NCBI GenBank assembly: GCA_965219585.1
Contig: CBDCOA010000003.1
Coordinates: 2,001,375 to 2,065,374, forward strand
Direction of reading: 5' to 3'
Origin: Bryobacterales bacterium
GTDB lineage: Bacteria > Acidobacteriota > Terriglobia > Bryobacterales > UBA6623
Length of the DNA: 64,000 nucleotides
Shown here: positions 45,159-52,939 of the stretch, one piece after another
Position numbering within the stretch: position 1 is the first letter of the stretch
Layout of the letters: each line of letters begins with the position of its first letter
The notes under the pieces: model-generated
Database searches by the model: none
The model's input: the letters and a program-made list of their open reading frames with translations, nothing else
What the model was told of the DNA's origin: nothing
Made by a program: the position numbers and the translations under genes

Positions 45159-45782
45159 CGGTTGCGAACTCAAGGGAATCTCGATGGTGGATCGCACGTC
45201 AGGAGATCGTATAGGCCAACTGCGGTACCTTGGAACAGCACGGAGTTGCTCGAACGCAGCTGGTCGGGAGGCTTCGGTCAGGCTGGCTAGTCCTAGCCCA
45301 CGGCCTGCGAGCAGCGGTGACGCCAGCGGCCGCCGGTGGCATCTGGCATTCGCCAGCCAAATTCAACACCAGAAGCCCGGACGTACGAGTCCGACACGAC
45401 CGAGACCGACTGGCGGCGTGATGCTGGAAGCACCCCATGGCAGCCGGGCAGTTGTCGTGCGAGATGGCGCAGGGAGCCTGCTCCTACCATGCCGGAGCGT
45501 CAATCCGCACCGCGCTGGCTCGCCAAGGGTTTCCGTTGAGGTGGCTGCAGGCGTTCGCTCTGGGATGAGTGCGCATCGGGCTGATTGGGCCACTAGACCC
45601 GGCATTGACCGCGACCCAATCCGCCAGCAAACCCTCTGCTGCCGTCCGTCTTGTGCAACGGACTACTCGCGAGGAGTTCAGCCCGCTTCCGCAGCAGCCT
45701 TGAGCGCTTCTGCGGACTGGCCAGGTTCGGAGGCAATGGCAGTGCAAGGCGAGCTGAAGCGGCTGCTAGGTGTCGTGTAGCC

Positions 45783-46931
45783 ATGAGTGAACCTCTCGTC
45801 TCGGGCAGCACTGCGGACCGTCGCCAACCGTCCGGGGTGCCAAGCCTCTCATATATGTTCCCGTTCATTCCGCCCAAGGTGTGGATTCGACTGCTTTGGG
45901 AACACAACGGATCACAACTTCGTCATTGGCCTCACTTAGCACAGCAGCTTCTGACCAGCATCCTGGCGAGCCCCTTGAAGTGGGCCGAGCGCATTCAATT
46001 CGACCAACGGATTGCCAGAACACCGATCGAGGAGGCCCCGCTGACGATTCTGGGCCTCCCACGCAGTGGGACTACTCACTTGCACAACTTGCTCGCTCAA
46101 GATCCAAGGCACGGGTTCGTCTCCACGTTTCAAGCGATTGCACCGGAGTGTTGTCTGAGCGGGGGAGAAACACTCCAACGGTGGGTTGCAAAGCATCTTC
46201 CAAGCAATCGACCAATGGACAGCGTAGAATTCGCACTGGAGCACCCACAAGAGGAAGAATTTGCGATAGCCAACTTGAGCCATATGTCGTTCTACCATGC
46301 AATGTGGTTCCCGAGACTCTCAACGGAATATTTTGGCAAGTATGTCCTTATGTATGGACTGAAATCCGAAGAATTCATCGAGTGGAGAAAAACCTATCTT
46401 GACGTCGTACGCAAGGCCCAATATTATTCCAAGAGGCGTCGAATCATACTCAAGAATCCGTTAAGCATTTTCAGAATACCTGCAATTCTCAAGATCTTCC
46501 CAAGCATGAAGTTCATCCACATTGTGAGGAATCCATTTCTGCTATACCAATCCTTGTGCAATGCAATGCGACAGCTCTCCTTTGGATTAGACTATTCGGA
46601 CAAAGAAATCGAGAACTTTGGCATCATGTACTATACGATCGGACTGAATTCATACCTCCAAGACCGTAAGCTGATTCCGTCAGGAAACTTGATTGAAGTG
46701 CGATATGAAGATCTAATTGCAAATCCAATTCCTGAACTTGAGCAGGTTTATACACAACTCGATCTCCGCGAATGGGAACAACACAAGGGTCACATTTCTG
46801 AATATATTCGCTCCATATCAGACTACAAGAAAAATCGTTACAAGATTAGCAAGTCAGCGATTGACCGGGTAAATGACGCTTGGGGTTTTGCGGTAAAGGA
46901 GTGGGGGTATAGCGCGCCAGAACCGCAGTAA
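45783..46931 (+). CDS. Stand-alone PAPS-dependent sulfotransferase (TPST-like / Sulfotransfer_3-type)
   Basis: The 5'-PSB loop is LGLPRSGTTHLHNLLAQDP. The 3'-PB segment is FPSMKFIHIVRNPFLLYQS, which fits the ...FPxAKFIhIVRdPxxxxxS pattern. Stop TAA is at 46929-46931. The start is uncertain: ATG 45783 or the in-frame ATG 45855 (MFPFIPPKVW), where the GC drop begins. The track ORF start at 45651 is an upstream extension with no support. Confidence 0.85.
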   Translation: MSEPLVSGSTADRRQPSGVPSLSYMFPFIPPKVWIRLLWEHNGSQLRHWPHLAQQLLTSILASPLKWAERIQFDQRIARTPIEEAPLTILGLPRSGTTHLHNLLAQDPRHGFVSTFQAIAPECCLSGGETLQRWVAKHLPSNRPMDSVEFALEHPQEEEFAIANLSHMSFYHAMWFPRLSTEYFGKYVLMYGLKSEEFIEWRKTYLDVVRKAQYYSKRRRIILKNPLSIFRIPAILKIFPSMKFIHIVRNPFLLYQSLCNAMRQLSFGLDYSDKEIENFGIMYYTIGLNSYLQDRKLIPSGNLIEVRYEDLIANPIPELEQVYTQLDLREWEQHKGHISEYIRSISDYKKNRYKISKSAIDRVNDAWGFAVKEWGYSAPEPQ

Positions 46932-47380
46932 GGGGCAGTTGTATCAGAAATGAGGCCCCGGGGCACATCGTACCACTTCGGGCACAGCGGCTTGGTCGCC
47001 GATCAGCAGAGGGCCGGCCGAGCGAGGAACACCAGCGGAGCGATTGGAGTTGAGGATCGAGGCTTGCTTGCGAATCCAGACAGACAAGTCGTTGGGCAAG
47101 GCAACCGTGCCTAGCGACAATTGTTCATGTCGGCGTGTTGCCTCATCTCCGGATGTTCTCTGGATTCCCATCGTCGGCAACTCGCTGTGAATGGAAAGGT
47201 CTTGGGGAAATTCTTGGGCACGGGTCGAAGTGCCGCGCCAAATCATCGACGGCGGGCGATTTGGAGAATTGCTCTTTCCACCACGCCGAGCGCTTCGTAC
47301 TGGCTCGAGGCCCTCGGAGAGCCCCGCTGTGCGGCCGCGTACGCCTGCCGGCTGACCGGGCGGCATGTTGATTGAGCCCA

Positions 47381-48769
47381 TCAATCAGCACTGAAACCGA
47401 TCCTGCTGAGGAAATCAGTGGTCAGGCGTGCACATTCCGCTGGCCGTTCAAGTTGGGCGAGATGAGTGGTGCCGGGGATCGACTCAAAGTCAACGGACTC
47501 GACATGGCTAAGGTCACACGGTGGCAGGAAATAGTGACGGATGCTTGGATCCGCACCGATCACCTTTGTCGGCAAAGGGAAGAACTCTACATCGACCATG
47601 CGCGAGAACGTGGGCATAGCAGCCAAGATCTGGGCCTCGTAATTGGGCGGGCACCGAAGTTCGAAGGCTCCGTCTGGCACATATCGGAGGGTAGTCCGCG
47701 CCATCAACTCCGCCACGTTCGGAACCAAGCGCTCCATTCCTGGCGAAGCGTTCATGAGCTTGACGAATTTCCATTCGCTTGGAAACAGACCGAGCCGATT
47801 GCGAGTTCTCATGGCCGCCTGCCGACATGCAGATTCGAAGATCCGGTGCTTGGACTCTGACGCACAGAAAGGTGGATCGAAACAGACGAGGGCTGAGAAC
47901 TCGCTCTCGAGGGACGGTGACAAGACCGCCGCTAAGCTCGAGACGGAATGAAAGACACCAGCTTTCGGATGCACGCCGAATGCCCGATCCACCGTCTGAC
48001 ACACTGCCTCCAAATCTCTGCGAAAGGAAGGAATGGTGTGGTGCGACCTCTCAGCCAGCGGGTTCGCGCCTTGATTTCGAAGGTCGAACAGCAACAGGTC
48101 GAACTTGTCGAGCAAAAGCGACCAGTACGGGAAATAGAGGTCTATAGCGAGACCGTTGCCCGAGCTCACCACTAGGCGTGGGCCGTCTGGATTCCCGTGC
48201 TGCCGCAACAGGATCACGGCGCCGTCTTGTAGCCGCAGCTCCTCGACCCGATGAGGCGAAGGCAATTCGAAGTGAGCGGTTGCCCCGCTTGGCAAATATG
48301 GCCTCACGACTGGTGCCCCCGGAAGCGCGATCCAAGAGCCAACAGGTCGCGACCCCGACGACTTAGCAGACCATTGCCGACCGTCGCAATCGACGTGCAA
48401 GCCTTGATTCCCATCGAGCAGTCGGCATGCAGCGGGCCGGCTCCCAGCTAGCCGAATTCTAGCAGCCTGCGGCAAGAGACTGAGTCCTGAAAGATGGCTG
48501 AGTTGCGCGACCGTGGACAGGCTCTGTCCACCGGGCCCGGCCCGCCGCCCATATGCACCGACTTCCTCGCGAGCGAACCGGGTGTCGACTTCAGGCTGAA
48601 TCCGCGGGTAACCCTCCACAGCCGCAAACACCATAGAGGTGTGACCGATGGCGAGCATTAGGACCGGCAAGTTCGACGATGACTTGAAAGTGCGGCTGCG
48701 CAGCTCGCAGCTGTGCGCCGCCGTTCCATAGAAGAGGAGGTTAGAATCACCCTGCGCGACACTGTGCAT
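47381..48769 (-). CDS. Alpha/beta-hydrolase fold protein (candidate thioesterase/esterase). The fold occupies the C-terminal ~300 aa (~47381-48310). The N-terminal ~150 codons of the ORF are of doubtful coding value.
   Basis: Motifs: the oxyanion-region strand PRLVVSSGNGLAIDLYFPYW...FDLRNQG; a nucleophile-elbow-like GVFHSVSS (Ser275 codon 47945-47947), aligned to GHSxGG; and a C-terminal ESIPGTTHLAQLERPAE with the catalytic-His context (His436 codon 47462-47464). There is no Met between codons ~45 and 320. GTG at 48307-48305 is a possible real start. Confidence 0.65.
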   Translation of the reverse strand: MHSVAQGDSNLLFYGTAAHSCELRSRTFKSSSNLPVLMLAIGHTSMVFAAVEGYPRIQPEVDTRFAREEVGAYGRRAGPGGQSLSTVAQLSHLSGLSLLPQAARIRLAGSRPAACRLLDGNQGLHVDCDGRQWSAKSSGSRPVGSWIALPGAPVVRPYLPSGATAHFELPSPHRVEELRLQDGAVILLRQHGNPDGPRLVVSSGNGLAIDLYFPYWSLLLDKFDLLLFDLRNQGANPLAERSHHTIPSFRRDLEAVCQTVDRAFGVHPKAGVFHSVSSLAAVLSPSLESEFSALVCFDPPFCASESKHRIFESACRQAAMRTRNRLGLFPSEWKFVKLMNASPGMERLVPNVAELMARTTLRYVPDGAFELRCPPNYEAQILAAMPTFSRMVDVEFFPLPTKVIGADPSIRHYFLPPCDLSHVESVDFESIPGTTHLAQLERPAECARLTTDFLSRIGFSAD

Positions 48770-49067
48770 GGAGGCCGGGCGGGCCGTTGGGTCCTAGCGA
48801 AGTTCACCCGCGATTGCTTCGCGCCTTTCGGCAGCGTCGAACTCGAACTTCCCTAGCGTGGCCCTATGCATGGGCCTCCGGAGTTTTTCTGATCAGCCTC
48901 TCACGCTCGTCCCAGACACGAATGTCGCGTCCGGACCGATGCGACCGAACCGACGCCGACTGTTGCGGCGTGGATGGCGAACCTCTCAGTTCGGCAGGCT
49001 GGTTGGTGGAGTCGACAAGCGTGCAGAGTTCGGGCCACTGAGCGGGGACTGGTGCTAGCATTTCGAT

Positions 49068-50402
49068 GTGCGGTCCTCCAAACGGGCGAGAGAGCTCACA
49101 AATCCGGTGCCGAACCCACCGCGACGTGCTGCAACATATCGCGCCGGGACACCTTGCAGACGGCTTGGACGGCGAAAGTTCCTGCAAGGACTTGGCGGGA
49201 TCTCGGTTGGCAGTCGACTCCTTCCGGTGGCACCACGTCCCATGTCGGCGCAGGACTCGCAGCGATTCCTGTCGGCCATCGGCAAGGATCCACGAATGAT
49301 CGTCCACGACGCCGAGTCGGCGGTCTTGGAGACTCCGGTCGAGTTGCTGCGGGAGCATACGCTGACGCCGAAAGAGTACATCTTCGTGCGCAACAACCAA
49401 GTCCTGCCAGGAGCCCTGACTCTGGCTCCGTACCCATCCGAGAGCTGGAACCTCGAATTGAGCGGTCTGGTGACGCCAGCGCGGACGGTCAGCTTGTCGG
49501 AACTGATGCGGCTCGAGCAGACCCTGACGGTCGCGGTGCTGCAGTGCGCAGGCAACGGCCGCGCCTTCTACGCGCGATCCGCCATGACATCGGGCACGCA
49601 GTGGCGCCGCGGCGGGATGGCGCAAGTCTCTTGGGCGGGGGTTCGCCTGAGAGACTTGCTCGACTCGCTCGACTTGCGAGTGAGCGCAAGTGCTAGGTTC
49701 GTCACGGCCGAGGGGCATGATCCGGCGGCGACGCCGGCGGACGACGGCTATGAACAGAGCGTCCCGCTGGAGGATGTGCTGGACACCGCACTGCTTGCGA
49801 CGAGCATGAACGGCGAACCCATACCGGCCATCCACGGCGGTCCGCTGCGCCTGGTGATACCGGGCTACTACGGGTCCATGAATGTGAAGTGGCTGAGCCG
49901 GCTGCGGTTTGAAGAAGAGCGTTCGTCCAGCCGCCACCACGCGCAGAGATACCGCACGTTTCGAGATCGGATCGAGCCGGGCACTGCTCCGGAAGTGACC
50001 GAAGAGACCACCAACTCGACTTGGCGCCAGAAGATCAAGAGCGTCATCTGGGAGCCTGCAGAAGAAGAGCGCCGCTTTCCCGGCCCATTCAAGGTCAGCG
50101 GCGTCGCATGGAACGACGGACGGACGGAGATTGTCGCTGCCGAGCTTTCCACGGATGGCGGGAACACATGGTGCCGAGTGAATCTCGAAACGCCGCTGAG
50201 CCCTTATGGCTGGCATCCATGGCACGCGACGCTTTGGTACGAGGGGAACGGACTGCTCAGGCCCGGCGGCACGGTCGAAGATCTCCGCGTGCGAGCGTTC
50301 GATGCCTACGGGCGGTCCCAGCCGGACGACGGTTCGGTGCATTGGAATCCGTCCGGTTACGAATGGTACGGAGTGGATCGCGTCAAGGTCAATCTGCACT
50401 GA
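49068..50402 (+). CDS. Sulfite-oxidase-family molybdopterin oxidoreductase (SorA/SUOX-like catalytic + dimerisation domains) with a Tat signal
   Basis: The twin-arginine motif is GRRKFLQGLGG. The Mo-ligand Cys context is VLQCAGNGRAFY (compare CAGNRR). The conserved GGPLRLVIPGYYGSMNVKWL segment is present, and the C-terminal beta-rich domain reads GVAWNDG...STDGGNTW. Start codon choice is uncertain because the n-region is long. Confidence 0.8.
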   Translation: MRSSKRARELTNPVPNPPRRAATYRAGTPCRRLGRRKFLQGLGGISVGSRLLPVAPRPMSAQDSQRFLSAIGKDPRMIVHDAESAVLETPVELLREHTLTPKEYIFVRNNQVLPGALTLAPYPSESWNLELSGLVTPARTVSLSELMRLEQTLTVAVLQCAGNGRAFYARSAMTSGTQWRRGGMAQVSWAGVRLRDLLDSLDLRVSASARFVTAEGHDPAATPADDGYEQSVPLEDVLDTALLATSMNGEPIPAIHGGPLRLVIPGYYGSMNVKWLSRLRFEEERSSSRHHAQRYRTFRDRIEPGTAPEVTEETTNSTWRQKIKSVIWEPAEEERRFPGPFKVSGVAWNDGRTEIVAAELSTDGGNTWCRVNLETPLSPYGWHPWHATLWYEGNGLLRPGGTVEDLRVRAFDAYGRSQPDDGSVHWNPSGYEWYGVDRVKVNLH

Positions 50403-50641
50403 ACCCGCATTCGGACAGCTGCTAGCTTCGAGCTGGCGGGTCAGCTGGAGACCTCAGGCCCCATATCGGCATCAGCGCCGCAAACACTTCAGCGGTTGGG
50501 CGAACATGCAAGACCAAGGGCCCAATATCCCGGCCGCCTTATATATAATGGGCGCAGACCGCCGACGGCCCAGGCCTTCGGGCCAGCGGTGATCCGGTGA
50601 GTGAGTTGTCTGGAGCAAGCCGGCGCCCCGCAACTTCTGTA

Positions 50642-52939
50642 ATGCGAGCACTGCCGCTATTGATCGCGGCAGCACTGCCGGCCTACTCCGAGCCCGCCCG
50701 CGAGATCTCTTTCTCATCCGAGCAGCGCGCCTACTGGGCGCTCCAGCCGGTCGAGCGCCCGAGCCCGCCAGCGATTTCCGGCGAGGCTTGGATCCGCAAC
50801 CCGGTGGACGCGTTCGTGATGGCCAAGCTCTCCGACGAGAGCTTGGCGCCATCTCCGCAAGCCGACAAGGCGGCCCTCGTCCGACGGCTATTCTTCGACC
50901 TGACCGGCCTGCCACCCTCGCCCGAGGACGTGTCCGCATTCGTCGCGGACGATTCCCCGGAAGCCTACGAGAGGCTGGTCGAGCGCCTCCTGGCGTCGCC
51001 CCACTACGGAGAGCGCTGGGGCCGCCACTGGCTCGACTTGGCTCGCTACGCGGAGAGCGGGGGTTTCGAACAGGACATCACCCGGCCCAACGCCTGGCGC
51101 TACAGGGACTATGTCAGCGACGCCTTCAACGCGGACAAGCCCTACGACACGTTCGTGCAGGAACAGATCGCAGGGGACGAGCTGTGGCCGGAGCGATCGG
51201 ACGCCCGGATCGCCACTGCCTTCAACCGGAACTATGCCGAAGAGCCGAACCAGAAGGACCTTCTGCTGGCGCGGCAGGAAACGCTGCACGACATCACCAG
51301 CGTCGTCGGATCCACGTTCTTGGGGCTCACCTTTGGATGCGCCCAGTGCCACGACCACAAGTTTGATCCGATCACGCAGCGCGACTACTACCGCCTGCAA
51401 GCGTTCTTTGCAAGCGTCAACCACGTCAATTCCTTCCCCATGGTGCCTGCGGCCGAGTACAGGGAGTACGAGCGCAAGCTGGCGATCTGGGAAGAGAAGA
51501 CTGCGGCGATTTGGCAGGAGATGTACGAGCTCCTCGAGCCGTTGCGGAAATTCACCCCGAAACAGCTCCTCCATCGCTACCCGGATTACGTCATCGAGGC
51601 TATCGAGACTCCGGCGGACCGGCGGGATCCGGATCAGGAATGGATGGCTAGCCTGCTGAGCACGAAGGTCTGCGGAACGTGCCCGATCGAGCCCAAGCCG
51701 TACCTAGACCCCGGCTTCCGGGGCAGGGCGAGAAGGGTCAAGGGGGAGGCCAAGGAGCGATTCGAAGAACTCGAGGCCGAGCTGGCGAAGTTCGCACACC
51801 TCAAGCCTGCCGATTTGCCGCGCGGCACGGGAATCTACGACGTCAGCTCGAACCCGCCGGCGACCTATGTCCTCGGCAACGGGCTCTATACGAACCCCAG
51901 CGAGGAGGTGCAGCCCGGGTTCCTTTCGATTCTCGACCCCGCGCCGGCGACCGTCGTCCCGCCACCGGACGGCCGGTCCACGGGCCGGCGGTCCGCCCTT
52001 GCCAAGTGGCTGACCGACCCGGCTAACCCGCTGGTCGCGCGGGTGATGGCGAACCGCATCTGGCACCACCACTTCGGACGCGGGATCGTCGCGACTCCCA
52101 GCGATTTCGGGGCGATGGGAGAGAGGCCCACGCATCCGGAGCTGCTCGACTGGCTGGCCTCGGAATTCGTGGACAGCGGCTGGAGCGTCAAGCACCTCCA
52201 TCGGACGATCGTGCGCTCAAGCACCTACCGCCAGGCCGCGAAGCCCGACCCGGCCGGGGCATCAGATGACAGTGCGGCTCGGGCCGAACAGGCCGATCCC
52301 TCTAACCGCCTGCTCTGGAAGTTTCCCGCGCGGCGTCTGGAAGCCGAAGTCGTGCGCGACGCCGCCCTGTCCGTGGCCGGGCTGCTGAATCCAACCATTG
52401 GCGGGCCGAGCGTCTTTCCGCCGTTGCCGGAGGGAGTGCCCAAGCCGCCAGGCGGATGGGACGTGACCGAATCGCCTGCCGAACACCGCCGGCGCAGCGT
52501 CTACGTGTTCGTGCGGAGAAACATGCCCCTGCCCTTCCTCGCGAACTTCGATTTCCCGGACACGCACGAGTCTTGCGGCAAGCGCTACCGCACCACGACC
52601 GCTCCCCAGGCGCTTTCCCTGCTGAACGCCCACGAACCCTCCGAATGGGCGCGGGCATTCGCCGGGCGGGTCATGGAGTCCGCCGGTTCCGACGCGGCGA
52701 AACAGGTCGAGACGGCCAACCGCCTCGCCTACGGGCGCGCTCCAAACCCCCGCGAGAAGGATGTCGCCCTCACTTTCTTGGAGCGCCAAGCGCAGATCGT
52801 GGCCGACCGGCCGGAAGCTGCCGCGCCGGCGTCGGTGCCCGACCCGCTTCCGCCCGAGGTGTCGCCGCAGCACGCTGCCGCGCTCGTCGACTACTGCCTG
52901 ATGTTGCTGAACTCGAACGAGTTCGTCTACAGTCTCTGA
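50642..52939 (+). CDS. DUF1549 (PSCyt2) / DUF1553 (PSD1) domain protein, secreted
   Basis: The signal peptide is MRALPLLIAAALPAYSEPA from ATG 50642; the track ORF starts at an in-frame GTG at 50597. Family hallmarks: YWALQPV, NPVDAFV, RRLFFDLTGLPPSPEDV, GCAQCHDHKFDP (CxxCH at 51338-51352), and the DUF1553-type RRSVYVFVRRN...APQALSLLN. Stop TGA is at 52937-52939. Confidence 0.85.
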   Translation: MRALPLLIAAALPAYSEPAREISFSSEQRAYWALQPVERPSPPAISGEAWIRNPVDAFVMAKLSDESLAPSPQADKAALVRRLFFDLTGLPPSPEDVSAFVADDSPEAYERLVERLLASPHYGERWGRHWLDLARYAESGGFEQDITRPNAWRYRDYVSDAFNADKPYDTFVQEQIAGDELWPERSDARIATAFNRNYAEEPNQKDLLLARQETLHDITSVVGSTFLGLTFGCAQCHDHKFDPITQRDYYRLQAFFASVNHVNSFPMVPAAEYREYERKLAIWEEKTAAIWQEMYELLEPLRKFTPKQLLHRYPDYVIEAIETPADRRDPDQEWMASLLSTKVCGTCPIEPKPYLDPGFRGRARRVKGEAKERFEELEAELAKFAHLKPADLPRGTGIYDVSSNPPATYVLGNGLYTNPSEEVQPGFLSILDPAPATVVPPPDGRSTGRRSALAKWLTDPANPLVARVMANRIWHHHFGRGIVATPSDFGAMGERPTHPELLDWLASEFVDSGWSVKHLHRTIVRSSTYRQAAKPDPAGASDDSAARAEQADPSNRLLWKFPARRLEAEVVRDAALSVAGLLNPTIGGPSVFPPLPEGVPKPPGGWDVTESPAEHRRRSVYVFVRRNMPLPFLANFDFPDTHESCGKRYRTTTAPQALSLLNAHEPSEWARAFAGRVMESAGSDAAKQVETANRLAYGRAPNPREKDVALTFLERQAQIVADRPEAAAPASVPDPLPPEVSPQHAAALVDYCLMLLNSNEFVYSL

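Noticed and set aside
45651-45782. N-terminal extensions suggested by the ORF track: sulfotransferase from 45651, DUF1501 from 52456, the metallohydrolase from 57256, ExbD from 60962, and the DUF1549 protein from 50597.
   Set aside because: The extensions overlap neighbouring genes or encode low-complexity sequence. Internal starts give proper signal peptides or TM segments and, where checked, an upstream GGAGG-type ribosome-binding site. Those starts are 52939, 56983, 60797 and 50642.
48864-49061. A 65-codon minus-strand ORF (MLAPVPAQWPELCTLVDSTNQ...) in the divergent region between the hydrolase and the molybdoenzyme genes.
   Set aside because: It shows no recognisable motif and no evident ribosome-binding site. 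It is simply the tail of the long antisense shadow frame, so I treated the region as a promoter-containing intergenic stretch.
45159-49067. tRNA, integrase or transposase marking the borders of the low-GC patch.
   Set aside because: I found no T-arm-like GGTTCGAATCC-type strings and no cloverleaf candidates by eye. No ORF has recombinase motifs. A horizontal origin therefore rests on composition only.
48864-50399. A 511-aa ORF on the minus strand opposite the sulfite-oxidase-family gene.
   Set aside because: It is a shadow frame of a strongly supported plus-strand gene that has a Tat motif, the Mo-Cys motif and the dimerisation domain. The antisense product has no recognisable features.
50544-50549. 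A perfect TATAAT within the AT-rich patch ccttatatataatggg, upstream of the DUF1549/DUF1553 gene, considered as a -10 promoter element.
   Set aside because: It stands out in this GC-rich context and is plausibly placed, about 90 nt before ATG 50642. However, I could not find a convincing -35 element at 16-19 nt spacing, and the promoter consensus for this lineage is unknown. The evidence is too weak to call as a feature.
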